This document shows, piece by piece, positions 1 to 8,793 of a stretch of DNA of 32,000 nucleotides (position 1 is the stretch's first letter; each line of letters starts with the position of its first letter). The position numbers were made by a program, and so were the translations under genes. The notes below the pieces were generated by a model that saw nothing but the letters and a program-made list of their open reading frames with translations, made no database searches and had not been told where the DNA came from. The DNA is from Flavobacteriaceae bacterium (GTDB lineage: Bacteria > Bacteroidota > Bacteroidia > Flavobacteriales > Flavobacteriaceae), in the NCBI GenBank assembly GCA_965224465.1, contig OZ245049.1, positions 2,070,001-2,102,000 of the forward strand, written 5' to 3'.

Positions 1-3000
1 AACCCTATCATTCCATTAACAGCCGCAGAAATAGTCCCTTCCATAGTAATCGGTAAATCATACTCTTGATCTGAATAAGCATTCAACCATGCAGCACCCG
101 TTACTTTCAATTGAGTATTTGTAGGAGATGAAACACTTGTAGCAGCAGCACCATGCCAAGAAAAATCTCCCGCATTCGTAGACACTACGACATTACAATC
201 CTGCTCAAGCACATCTAAAACACCATCGTTATCATCATCTATATCAATTACATCAGGAATGGAATCACCGTCGGAATCTATACAAGCATTTAAGTTGCTA
301 GAGCGCGCAAAATCAACGTAGGTAGAAGTATAACTCGTAGTCGCATTTATATTGTCTTCATTGCCAGCTCCACCCAATCCATTTGCCAATCCGTTATTCC
401 CATAAGGACCTTCTGCAAAGACATCTGATCTATTAGTCGTCGTATTTGTTGTACCATCACCATTTACAATATCACCTGCGAGTAAGGTCCCTGTGACTCC
501 TGCTTCTACGGCATCTGGACAGCCATCACCATCAGAATCTAGGTCTAAATAATTTGGTATTCCATCGGCATCGGCATCACTTGCGCAAGAGGATTTCGGG
601 GCCATTTCCGGAACAAAACTATGAAGATTTAATGTGATTTCCTTTACCCCTGAATAATAATTTGTTCCTGCAACACCATAAATTCTATATTTACCGTACA
701 CCGTAGCTGGATCAAGGGTATTCGTAAAGGTATCAACCCCATTTGCAACTGTGTTATGCGCTACTACTGAGGACAAATCTACCCATCCAATACCATTAGA
801 TCCTTGTAGTTTAACGGTGGAACTCGCGTTGGTCGTCATATACCAGTTCTTCATTTCAAATTCTATGCTACTTACAGCTACTGGAACTGTGGGTGTAATT
901 TCAAACAAGGTAACTCCTGTAATATTTTGTCCTACATTAAAAGAAGAATAAGTAGCCATATTGGTATCAAAACTCAATTCTATCCCTTCGTTATTCCTTG
1001 TGGAAAGTTCCGTAGTAACAGCCTTTACAAGCGCTGCTTGTGATGCTGAATAAAAACAGTTCGGTGATTCTATGGCATCTAAGATCCCGTCATTATCATC
1101 ATCTAAATCAAATATATCAGCAATGCCATCTCCATCTGTATCTGTACAGGCATTTAATAAAGCACTAACAGCATAGGTTTTATAAGTTGAAGCATAGGAT
1201 GTAGTCGCATTGATATCATCTTCGTTTCCTATTCCTCCCAATGCATTTGCCAATCCATTAGCTCCATAAGGACCTTCTGCCAAGGCTTTCAGTTTATTGA
1301 TCGTCGTATTTGTAGTACCGTCCCCATTTACAATATCTCCTGCAAGCAGTACCCCCGTAACCCCTGCCTCAAAGGCATCAGGACAGCCATCTCCGTCAGA
1401 ATCTAGGTCTAGATGATTTGGAATTCCATCGTTATCTGTATCCATTTCACTACAAAACACTTGAGACGTTGTACTTACTTTCACATCGATTGTCAAACCT
1501 TGATTACCACTTGCATATTCATTAATATAAAGCTTTAAGGTGTCTCCTTTATTAAAAGTAACCCCATACACCCCTGGACTAGAAACAGACCATTGAGGTT
1601 CACAAAAAAGAACTGTTTTAGTTCCATCGGCATCTATTTTAATTCCTAATTTACTATCATAAGTAGTCGTTGATGGATTCAAATTATAGACCCCTGCATC
1701 ACTCGCCGTAAAAGTATGGGAATGTTCTACGATCCAATGTGAACCAACAGGGTTTGAACCTACGACATTCCCTCCATTTGCATTTAATGTTGCTAACAAG
1801 GTACTAGCTCCTCCATTATTCCAATCTACTTTTAACTCGCCTGGAAACTCTGTCATTGTTCCAGAAGCAATCTCTATTGCAGCATCTATTCCTAAATTAT
1901 CTGCACAACTTGGTCCAGATCCCCCTTGGTACACTTTTATATCCCAAGCATGGTCAAAAACAGGTGTAGAAGAACAAAACATTTCGTCACTATCCAAAAT
2001 TCCATCATTATCATCGTCTATATCTACTGAATTTTTAATTCCGTCACCATCAAAATCACACGTAGGACCATATTCATTAGGATCTAGACATGGTATTGGG
2101 CAAGAAAACTTAGCCGCATCTAAAGCATCTGCATAAGTAGATGGATACGATGTAGTCGCATCTAGCTTGTCTTCGTTACCTGCTCCTCCTAATGTATTTG
2201 CTAAACCATTGTTTCCATAAGGCCCTTCAGCCAAGGCATCGACCTTATTCGTAGAAGTATTTGTTGTACCATCCCCATTTATAAGATCTCCTGCAAGTAA
2301 TGTTCCAGTAACTCCTGCTTCGAAAGCATCGGGACATCCGTCTCCGTCACTATCTAGGTCTAAATGGTTTGGAATACCGTCATTATCTGTATCTAATGTT
2401 TCTAAAATACATTCTGGTGTGTAAACTGTTGTATCGTGAGTGAATAACTCCCAAAGAGAGGATGAACTCCCATTAATAAGGTAAAAATCTACAGCTACAA
2501 CACCGCCTCTAGCCACAGCATTCGGTAAGTTATCAAATACTAATATCCCCCAAGCTTGATTAACACCAGAATATAAATATTTTCTTCCCTCGAAATAACT
2601 AGAATTTCCTACCCCTTCAGAAATAGGTAAATTATAATTAGTTCCTCCAGGAACTACATTATCATGGTTATGAGGATGCCCTGCTGTTGGAGGAGAACTG
2701 GTTTGGGTAACTAGTGTATAATCCGTTATTATTTCTGAGCTTCCATCTTTATATAACACAGTAAAATCTCCTAAAATCGTATCTACATTAAGAGACGCTA
2801 TACCTAAATCAAAAGTATTAAAAGATTCTCCATAACTAACCACACGATAATGGGTTCCACTTTCATTTAAAAGTATATTAAAAGGCCCTGAATAAGTACC
2901 TACAGATCCATCTCCCGCAACATCTTGCCATTCTAATTTTTTAGAAGATCTACAATCCATAACTAAGCCTTCATCCGTATCTAAAATCCCATCATTATCA

Positions 3001-4382
3001 TCATCAATATCCAGAGAATTAATAATTCCATCACCATCAAAATCACAATGATCTCCAGTATTATTTATTGTAGCACAATCTACAGGGCAAGAAAACTTAG
3101 TCGCATCTAAAGCATCTGCATAGGTAGATGTATAAGATGTAGTTGCATTCACATCATCTTCGTTACCTGCTCCTCCTAATGTATTTGCTAAACCGTTGTT
3201 TCCATAAGGCCCTTCAGCCAAGGCATCGTCCTTATTCGTAGTGGTATTTGTTGTGCCATCTCCATTTATAAGATCTCCTGCAAGCAATGTTCCTGTAACT
3301 CCTGCTTCGAAAGCGTCAGGACAACCGTCACCGTCGGAGTCTAAATCGAAATGATTAGGAATACCATCACTATCAGTGTCTATACTTGTTTCTCCAGTAC
3401 AGCTTAATACACCTCCAATATAAAAGTCGATAGCTGGTGCTCTTTCACAAATCCCACCATAAATAGTATATTCACACTTTACAGTAAGAACATTTGTAGT
3501 AGGAGTTGTTATAATCCCTTTTGTATTCACCGGAGTGTACCAGGTGGAAGATTTAGAAGAATGTGTTTTTACAACTACACCATTAAGTAATATTTTAGCA
3601 TCTACTCTTCGTAGATCTGCGTTCACACTCATAAAATTAACCTGGACAAATATATCTATAGGTACATTAGGAACAACAGTGAATTTAGACTCCCAATAAT
3701 AAGTCCCTTCCATATCGTTGGTCGTCTGATATCCAGTAGGATTAGAATGATTAGGTCCATTTAGATTTGTTAATGCACACCCTGATTGCAAAGGAGTACC
3801 CTCAGGAGCAACCGTAGCATGGTGACTAATATTAGCACCTAGTCCAGACATAGAATAAGTATTACGACAGGCAACAAAGCCTTCATCTACATCTAAGACA
3901 CCATCATTGTCATCATCAATATCTACTGAATTTATAATTCCGTCACCGTCGAGATCATCATTAGGACCTGTATTAGGTGCTAATAAAGCAGAAACCTCTT
4001 CAGACTTGAAGCTTTCATTCATAAAAACGAAAGCATTAAACAAGTCCGTTGAATAAGGTATCAACCAGTCAAAATGACTGTACCCATGTATTGATTTACT
4101 TTTCAAATGATCCACAGCATCAACCTCCGGAGATCTAGCTTTAAATGCTATAGAACCAAAAGTATCTACATAGGAAAAAACAGAACTATTTTCTATAGAT
4201 TTATCCAGATCCAAATAGGAAAATAGTCCTATTCCAGCCTCTACAGTAACAAACGAAACTGGAGTTTTAAGATACGTATTAACGTTAGTTTTAATTTCAG
4301 ATCCATAAAAACCATGAATGGATAGCACAAAAATAAGCAAGGCGATCAGCGATGCTTTACGAATGAGGAAAGTCTTTTTCAT
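1..4382 (-). CDS. Large secreted modular surface protein, 5' portion only (C-terminus beyond window start); paralogous in linker and domain design to the giant gene at 9770..32000
   Basis: ATG at 4382-4380 on the minus strand. Hand translation of 4382->3901 gives MKKTFLIRKASLIALLIFVLSIHGFYGSEIKTNVNTYLKTPVSFVTVEAG..., a basic N-terminus plus hydrophobic core typical of a Sec signal peptide, with no stops. The same frame (codon first bases at positions = 2 mod 3) is still open at the edge: 59->3 reads DLPITMEGTISAAVNGMIG. The track lists no minus-strand ORF in 1..4382, which is what one frame running off the edge without a stop would produce. At least four Asp-rich linkers (D-x-D-x-DGIPN-x-LDLDSDGDGCPDA-x-EAG...NGLAN-x-LGG-x-GNED...DIDDDNDGILD) lie at about 205-580, 1065-1445, 2000-2400 and 2970-3385, separating unrelated blocks of about 200 aa. 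I did not hand-check every codon of 61..3900. Confidence 0.8.
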   Translation of the reverse strand, partial: MKKTFLIRKASLIALLIFVLSIHGFYGSEIKTNVNTYLKTPVSFVTVEAGIGLFSYLDLDKSIENSSVFSYVDTFGSIAFKARSPEVDAVDHLKSKSIHGYSHFDWLIPYSTDLFNAFVFMNESFKSEEVSALLAPNTGPNDDLDGDGIINSVDIDDDNDGVLDVDEGFVACRNTYSMSGLGANISHHATVAPEGTPLQSGCALTNLNGPNHSNPTGYQTTNDMEGTYYWESKFTVVPNVPIDIFVQVNFMSVNADLRRVDAKILLNGVVVKTHSSKSSTWYTPVNTKGIITTPTTNVLTVKCEYTIYGGICERAPAIDFYIGGVLSCTGETSIDTDSDGIPNHFDLDSDGDGCPDAFEAGVTGTLLAGDLINGDGTTNTTTNKDDALAEGPYGNNGLANTLGGAGNEDDVNATTSYTSTYADALDATKFSCPVDCATINNTGDHCDFDGDGIINSLDIDDDNDGILDTDEGLVMDCRSSKKLEWQDVAGDGSVGTYSGPFNILLNESGTHYRVVSYGESFNTFDLGIASLNVDTILGDFTVLYKDGSSEIITDYTLVTQTSSPPTAGHPHNHDNVVPGGTNYNLPISEGVGNSSYFEGRKYLYSGVNQAWGILVFDNLPNAVARGGVVAVDFYLINGSSSSLWELFTHDTTVYTPECILETLDTDNDGIPNHLDLDSDGDGCPDAFEAGVTGTLLAGDLINGDGTTNTSTNKVDALAEGPYGNNGLANTLGGAGNEDKLDATTSYPSTYADALDAAKFSCPIPCLDPNEYGPTCDFDGDGIKNSVDIDDDNDGILDSDEMFCSSTPVFDHAWDIKVYQGGSGPSCADNLGIDAAIEIASGTMTEFPGELKVDWNNGGASTLLATLNANGGNVVGSNPVGSHWIVEHSHTFTASDAGVYNLNPSTTTYDSKLGIKIDADGTKTVLFCEPQWSVSSPGVYGVTFNKGDTLKLYINEYASGNQGLTIDVKVSTTSQVFCSEMDTDNDGIPNHLDLDSDGDGCPDAFEAGVTGVLLAGDIVNGDGTTNTTINKLKALAEGPYGANGLANALGGIGNEDDINATTSYASTYKTYAVSALLNACTDTDGDGIADIFDLDDDNDGILDAIESPNCFYSASQAALVKAVTTELSTRNNEGIELSFDTNMATYSSFNVGQNITGVTLFEITPTVPVAVSSIEFEMKNWYMTTNASSTVKLQGSNGIGWVDLSSVVAHNTVANGVDTFTNTLDPATVYGKYRIYGVAGTNYYSGVKEITLNLHSFVPEMAPKSSCASDADADGIPNYLDLDSDGDGCPDAVEAGVTGTLLAGDIVNGDGTTNTTTNRSDVFAEGPYGNNGLANGLGGAGNEDNINATTSYTSTYVDFARSSNLNACIDSDGDSIPDVIDIDDDNDGVLDVLEQDCNVVVSTNAGDFSWHGAAATSVSSPTNTQLKVTGAAWLNAYSDQEYDLPITMEGTISAAVNGMIG

Positions 4383-5113
4383 AAATTTGTAATTAATCTT
4401 TATTTCTAAAAATTGTATATAAAAACACAGGCACAAAAGCTATAAAAGCTTTTAATACCTATTTTTTTTAGTACGAATAAATAATTTTAACCTAGAAACA
4501 CCCCCTATTAAATTCAGAAGGATTCTATGTTTTTTTTTGCAATTTTATCTCTCAAATATATATCTAAATTAATTGAGTCCCCCCTTATCTAAAAGCTCAA
4601 CTACAACAACACAAGGCTATAAATCTATTTAAATCTAAGTACTACTTCATTCTTTATTAAACATAAACAACTAAATAACAACAACATAAAGACCTATTTA
4701 TTTGCAACAGAAAGAAAACAGACCTAAGACTTAAAAATTAAATTATTCTTAAAAAAATCATAAAAAACAAACTAATTTATTAAAAAAAACTAAATCATGA
4801 ATCTATGTTTAATCTTCTGTTTTTTTTTGTAATTCACACACGTTAGGTATTTAAGAAAAAAGCATTGACGTTAGCCCTATAGCATTTCAAATGAGGAATG
4901 TAAACCACCTCTTTTTCGTATTTACAACCAAAAAATTGAGTAACAGAAATGACTTTCCATCCATTTACCAACCATCTAATACAATTACAACCCAAAACAA
5001 CCGATATAAATAGTATCTTTTACGTTCTTGCGTTGTTAAAAAACAGAACGACAACTAAGACTATCCACCCATTTTACGCCTAGTTTTTTAAAAAAAAACC
5101 ATTTCAAAACAGT

Positions 5114-5121
5114 CACTTGGA
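5114..5121. repeat. Target-site duplication, left copy (CACTTGGA)
   Basis: 5114-5121 = cacttgga, immediately outside the left IS end. It is identical to 7102-7109. Confidence 0.9.
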
Positions 5122-5143
5122 GTAAGCATACGGCGTCCTACAT
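5122..5143 (+). repeat. IS66-family left terminal inverted repeat
   Basis: IRL is gtaagcatacggcgtcctacat. The reverse complement of the right end is gtaagcatgcggtcaagtacat. 11 of the outer 12 nt match, and 16 of 22 overall. Confidence 0.8.
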
Positions 5144-5199
5144 ATTGCACATCTAAATGAATAGTTTTTGCTTTGTAATTCATAAAAGCAACCTATAAC

Positions 5200-5541
5200 A
5201 TGTTCAATTTATCAAGTTCCCAAAAGTTTTATTTGTACAGTGAAAGTACAGATATGCGAAAAAGTTTTGACGGTCTGAGTGGTCTTATATTGACTGCTTT
5301 TGATCAAGTACCCACAAGTAGTTCGGTTTTTATTTTCATAAATAAGCGGCGAAACAAAATGAAATTATTACATTGGGCAGGAGGAGGGTTTGTTCTTTAT
5401 TACAAACGATTAGAAGAAGGTACATTTGAACTTTCTGAATATGATATTGACACAAGTTTGATTATTTTAGACTACACTAGTACAGTTATGTTAATTGATG
5501 GAATTAGTATTTTAAACATCAAAAAAAGAAAGAGATTTTAA
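5200..5541 (+). CDS. tnpB: IS66 Orf2-type accessory protein TnpB (113 aa)
   Basis: The motifs DMRKSFDGLSGL..., VFIFINKRRNKMKLLHW and GGGFVLYYKRLEEGTF match the conserved IS66 Orf2/TnpB signature (DMRKGFDGL...LFvF.N.r.d.lKiL.Wd..Gf.l.yKRLe.G.F). The size is right and it lies directly upstream of the IS66 transposase. Confidence 0.9.
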   Translation: MFNLSSSQKFYLYSESTDMRKSFDGLSGLILTAFDQVPTSSSVFIFINKRRNKMKLLHWAGGGFVLYYKRLEEGTFELSEYDIDTSLIILDYTSTVMLIDGISILNIKKRKRF

Positions 5542-5609
5542 CAGGTAACTCCTTGGTATTACTTGGTTTTAATAGTGATATTTCAGCTTAAAAAGCGTAT
5601 CTTTCTACT

Positions 5610-7073
5610 ATGGATAGAACGCTTGAGGTGGAATATGTTTCAAAAGAAAAGTACGATAAAGTTTGCTCTGACAACGCAGATTTAAAGTTTCAATTAGATC
5701 AGTTACAACGAGCTCTTTTTGGAAGGAAAACGGAACGTTTTATCCCTAGTATTGATGCGCAAATAGATTTATTTACAGGGACTTCTGCATGCGATCAAGT
5801 AGAAGAAAAAGAAAAAACGATTACATATACTAGAAAGCTCAATAAGAAAGAAAAGAAGAAGCCAATTCGTATGATTTTACCTGCTCACTTACCTAGAGTA
5901 ACGGAGATTATAGAACCCCTAGATAAAGAACATGGCGCAAAGAAAATAGGAGAAGAGATTACAGAAATATTGGAGTACAATCCCGCAAATATCTATGTAC
6001 GTCAGATTATAAGACCAAAATATGCGTATAAACAAGGGGTTTTAATTGCAGATTTACCCAGTCTCCCTATTCCAAGATCTAATGCAGGGGCAGGAATGTT
6101 AGCTTATGTTTGTGTTTCAAAATTTATAGATCATCTACCTTTTTACAGACAAATTCAAATTCTAAAGCGCCAAAACTTAATAATTAGCGCTTCTACTATG
6201 GGAGATTGGTTTAACGGAACTTGTAAATTGATACGTCCTCTTTTTGAAGCCTTAGAATCTCAAGTTTTAGAAAATACAGATTATTTACAAGCAGATGAAT
6301 CACCTATAAAAGTACAGGATAGTCATAAAGTAAAGGCTTTACATCAAGGTTATATGTGGCTTTTCAGAAATCCACAAAACAAGCTTGTACTATTTAAGTA
6401 TGATCAAGGACGTAGCCGTAAACTTCCAGAACGCGTTTTATCAAACTTTACAGGAATCTTACAGACGGATGGCTACAAAGTTTACCAAATACTTCAAACA
6501 AAAGGAGAAATAACACTTTTGGGCTGTATGGCACATGCAAGAAGGTATTTTGAGAAAGCCCTAGATAACGATAAAGATAGAGCTGGTCACGTTTTAAAAC
6601 AAATACAACTCCTATATCAGATTGAAGAAAAAGCTAGAGATAGGAAAGTAGAAGTGGGCATTCTAAAAAGGTATAGACAATTATATGCTGTACCTATTTT
6701 GGATGCATTAAAAATATGGTTAGAAGAAAATAGTTATAAAGTATTACCTAAAAGCGCAATAGGTAAGGCAATAGCCTATACCATGAATATTTATGAAAAT
6801 CTAAATAGATACGTCTTGGATGGCAAATTTGAGGTAGACAATAACAATATAGAAAATGCGGTCAGGCCATTAGCTTTAGGTCGTAAAAATTACTTATTTG
6901 CAGGTTCTCACAATGCTGCAGAAAATATTGCAATGATGTATTCCTTTTTTGCTTCCTGCAAAGCTTATGGTATTAATCCTTATACTTGGCTTGAAAATGT
7001 ATTGGACAGAATCCAAGAACATAAAGCAAATAAACTATATGAACTTCTTCCTGGTAATTGGAAAAACGTATAA
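5610..7073 (+). CDS. tnpC: IS66-family DDE transposase (487 aa)
   Basis: N-terminal LQRALFGRKTERF motif. Candidate DDE residues sit in QADESPIKVQD, LQTDGYKVY and NNNIENAVRPLALGRKNYLFAGS. Also present are CMAHARRYFEKA and the C-terminal GINPYTWLENVL, which are all canonical IS66 transposase blocks. The frame is intact. Confidence 0.95.
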   Translation: MDRTLEVEYVSKEKYDKVCSDNADLKFQLDQLQRALFGRKTERFIPSIDAQIDLFTGTSACDQVEEKEKTITYTRKLNKKEKKKPIRMILPAHLPRVTEIIEPLDKEHGAKKIGEEITEILEYNPANIYVRQIIRPKYAYKQGVLIADLPSLPIPRSNAGAGMLAYVCVSKFIDHLPFYRQIQILKRQNLIISASTMGDWFNGTCKLIRPLFEALESQVLENTDYLQADESPIKVQDSHKVKALHQGYMWLFRNPQNKLVLFKYDQGRSRKLPERVLSNFTGILQTDGYKVYQILQTKGEITLLGCMAHARRYFEKALDNDKDRAGHVLKQIQLLYQIEEKARDRKVEVGILKRYRQLYAVPILDALKIWLEENSYKVLPKSAIGKAIAYTMNIYENLNRYVLDGKFEVDNNNIENAVRPLALGRKNYLFAGSHNAAENIAMMYSFFASCKAYGINPYTWLENVLDRIQEHKANKLYELLPGNWKNV

Positions 7074-7079
7074 ACATAG

Positions 7080-7101
7080 ATGTACTTGACCGCATGCTTA
7101 C
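7080..7101 (-). repeat. IS66-family right terminal inverted repeat
   Basis: The reverse complement of 7080-7101 is gtaagcatgcggtcaagtacat. See IRL for the match counts. Confidence 0.8.
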
Positions 7102-7109
7102 CACTTGGA
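7102..7109. repeat. Target-site duplication, right copy (CACTTGGA)
   Basis: 7102-7109 = cacttgga, immediately outside the right IS end. It is identical to 5114-5121. Confidence 0.9.
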
Positions 7110-7146
7110 AAAGTATTTGGTATTATTACGAAATACTATAAACCAC

Positions 7147-7181
7147 AAAAAAAAGGGCATCTCAAATACAGAAATGCCCTT
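7147..7181 (-). terminator. Rho-independent terminator of the minus-strand giant-gene / porP-sprF / ompA-like cassette
   Basis: The minus strand reads AAGGGCAT-(13-nt loop)-ATGCCCTT followed by T8. The stem is 7174-7181 paired with 7153-7160 and the T-tract is 7154-7147. It begins 20 nt after the stop of the 7201..8778 gene. Confidence 0.7.
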
Positions 7182-7200
7182 CATATTCAATATAGATATT

Positions 7201-8778
7201 TTAATTCAAAACATCTGGGTTTAAAATCACAAACTCTGTCCTCCTATTCAATTGATGCTCTGATTCCGAACACTCAACGCCATTTGAGCAATGATTTGTC
7301 AATACTTCTTCTCCGTATCCTTTTCCTGAAATCCTATGAGTAGCTATCCCATGATTTGTGATATATCTAACTGTAGAAGAAGCTCTTCTGGTTGATAAAT
7401 TAAGATTATAAACATCATTCCCCCTTGCATCTGTATGTGAGCCAGACTCAATAATTAATGTTGGGTATTTTTTCATTACAGCAATCACTTTATTTAATTC
7501 ATACGCTGCATCTATACGAATTTGAGCATCGTCAAAGTCAAAATAAATAGGATTTATATTTATCAACAATTTGTCGCCTACATTCACAAATTCATTCATT
7601 TCAAGAACTAAATTTACTGTAATACCATTAGTATCGGAAGCTAAAAAGTACTTCTCAGTTGTTTCATACGGTTCTTTAGTTGCCGTTAAATGATAATTAT
7701 CTTCACAATTAATAACAAAATCAAACCATCCATAAACATCTGTTTCAACTTCCTTAAGAACTACACCTGCTTCACTTTTTAAAACAACAACAGCTCCCTG
7801 AACAGGTTTAAATGTAATTTTATCCATCACTTTCCCTTTCACATATTGCGTACATTCTTCTATTACTGGAGGAATAAGTTCAAAATAATAAATATCATCA
7901 CTTCCTTCCCCGCCTGCTCTATTGCTCGAAAAATAACCTGTAATTAATTCGGAGCCTGTATTTGTCTTTAAAAAAGAAAAATCATCTGAAATGCTATTTA
8001 AAGCCCTTCCCAAGTTTACAACTTTATTATTGTCTTGCCCTGAGATAACAACTCGATACATATCTAAGCCACCAAAATTCTCTTGCTGTCCATTCGAAGA
8101 AAAAAACAATTCGTTCCCATTTACAGATGGAAACATTTCCTTTTTCAAAGTATTAATTAACGGACCTAAATTTATAGGAACTCCATAGGTATCATTTCCT
8201 TCTAACTGAACCTTCCAAATATCTGTCTGTCCAATTCCGCCAGGCATATCTGAGGTAAAATACATCACTGTTTCTTCTTTATTTAAAGCCGGATGACCTA
8301 CAGAATACGCATCACTATTAAATGGAAGCTCCATAATATTATCCCATATTCCATCAGATGAAATACTAGCTTTGTAAATTTTTAAATTACTCCATCCATT
8401 TTTATCTCTTCTTTTTCTTCCTTTTAACATGTTATTTCGTGTAAAATACACTGTTTGTCCATCTTTGGTAAAAACGGCATTAGACTCGTGCAACTTCGTG
8501 TTTATTTTTTCTGACAATGACGAATAACTCCCTATCACACTGTCCTTCACTACCATTTCCTTATACAAATTCAAATAAGGTTGATTGTTTCTTTTCCATT
8601 TTTTACCACCTCCTTTTGCAGAGGTATACACTGCTTCTCTTTCGGCATTAAATGACAAGCCAAAATCAGAATATTTTGTATTCAAGGATAAGTTTTCAAT
8701 ACGATATACAGGCAGCTCTTTTTCTTGCCCTATCATTAGAGAAGAAATTAAGAATATTAAGGATACTATCTTTTTCAT
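7201..8778 (-). CDS. OmpA-family protein with PD40 (TolB-like beta-propeller) repeats, a CarboxypepD_reg-like domain and a C-terminal OmpA_C peptidoglycan-binding domain (PorE-like architecture), 525 aa
   Basis: Signal peptide MKKIVSLIFLISSLMIGQ with no lipobox Cys. Four PD40-like motifs: FTKDGQTVYFTRNN, EETVMYFTSDMPGGIGQTDIW, NGNELFFSSNG...GGLDMY and GYFSSNRAGGEGSDDIYYFE. CRD-like segment: VKGKVMDKITFKPVQGAVVVLKSE...TDVYGWFDF. OmpA_C block: NPIYFDFDDAQIRIDAAYELNKV...IESGSHTDARGNDVYNLNLSTRRASSTVRYI...GKGYGEE...NRRTEFVI. Confidence 0.9.
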   Translation of the reverse strand: MKKIVSLIFLISSLMIGQEKELPVYRIENLSLNTKYSDFGLSFNAEREAVYTSAKGGGKKWKRNNQPYLNLYKEMVVKDSVIGSYSSLSEKINTKLHESNAVFTKDGQTVYFTRNNMLKGRKRRDKNGWSNLKIYKASISSDGIWDNIMELPFNSDAYSVGHPALNKEETVMYFTSDMPGGIGQTDIWKVQLEGNDTYGVPINLGPLINTLKKEMFPSVNGNELFFSSNGQQENFGGLDMYRVVISGQDNNKVVNLGRALNSISDDFSFLKTNTGSELITGYFSSNRAGGEGSDDIYYFELIPPVIEECTQYVKGKVMDKITFKPVQGAVVVLKSEAGVVLKEVETDVYGWFDFVINCEDNYHLTATKEPYETTEKYFLASDTNGITVNLVLEMNEFVNVGDKLLININPIYFDFDDAQIRIDAAYELNKVIAVMKKYPTLIIESGSHTDARGNDVYNLNLSTRRASSTVRYITNHGIATHRISGKGYGEEVLTNHCSNGVECSESEHQLNRRTEFVILNPDVLN

Positions 8779-8793
8779 AATTTATATTTTTTT

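Larger units (their letters stand above)
5122..7101 (+). mobile_element. Complete IS66-family insertion sequence (1980 bp) with two ORFs (tnpB-like and DDE transposase); no orf1/tnpA
   Basis: Terminal inverted repeats begin GTAAGCAT on both ends, and an identical 8-bp direct repeat CACTTGGA flanks them. GTAA-type ends and 8-bp duplications are the known IS66-family hallmarks. The interior encodes an IS66 Orf2-type TnpB and an IS66 DDE transposase. Confidence 0.92.

Noticed and set aside
751-951. Small plus-strand ORFs inside minus-strand genes (751..951, 7991..8188, 8585..8797, 9442..9675, 29934..30170, 30900..31172)
   Set aside because: Each lies entirely antisense to a well-supported gene. 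They are short and have no recognisable motifs.
4382-4560. Bacteroidota-type promoter -7 boxes (TAnnTTTG): taaatttg at 4382-4389 on the plus strand, and TATATTTG on the minus strand at 4560-4553
   Set aside because: These are single 8-mer hits in very AT-rich DNA. The plus-strand hit overlaps the start codon and points away from any gene. The minus-strand hit has no TTTG -33 element at the expected spacing. This is not enough to call a promoter.
4383-5121. A missing IS66 orf1 (tnpA) or a second IS fragment left of the element
   Set aside because: The target duplication and GTAAGC end at 5122 define the element boundary. No ORF or IS-like end is visible in 4383..5113.
5200-5541. TnpB as an RNA-guided nuclease (OMEGA-type) system
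   Set aside because: This is the 113-aa IS66 Orf2-type TnpB. It is unrelated to the ~400-aa RuvC-containing TnpB of IS200/IS605, and there is no room or motif for a guide RNA module.
7080-7343. 87-aa plus-strand ORF spanning the IS right end, the terminator and the 3' end of the ompA-like gene
   Set aside because: It crosses the IS terminal repeat, the target duplication and a terminator hairpin, and it overlaps the OmpA_C coding region antisense. No coherent gene would do this.
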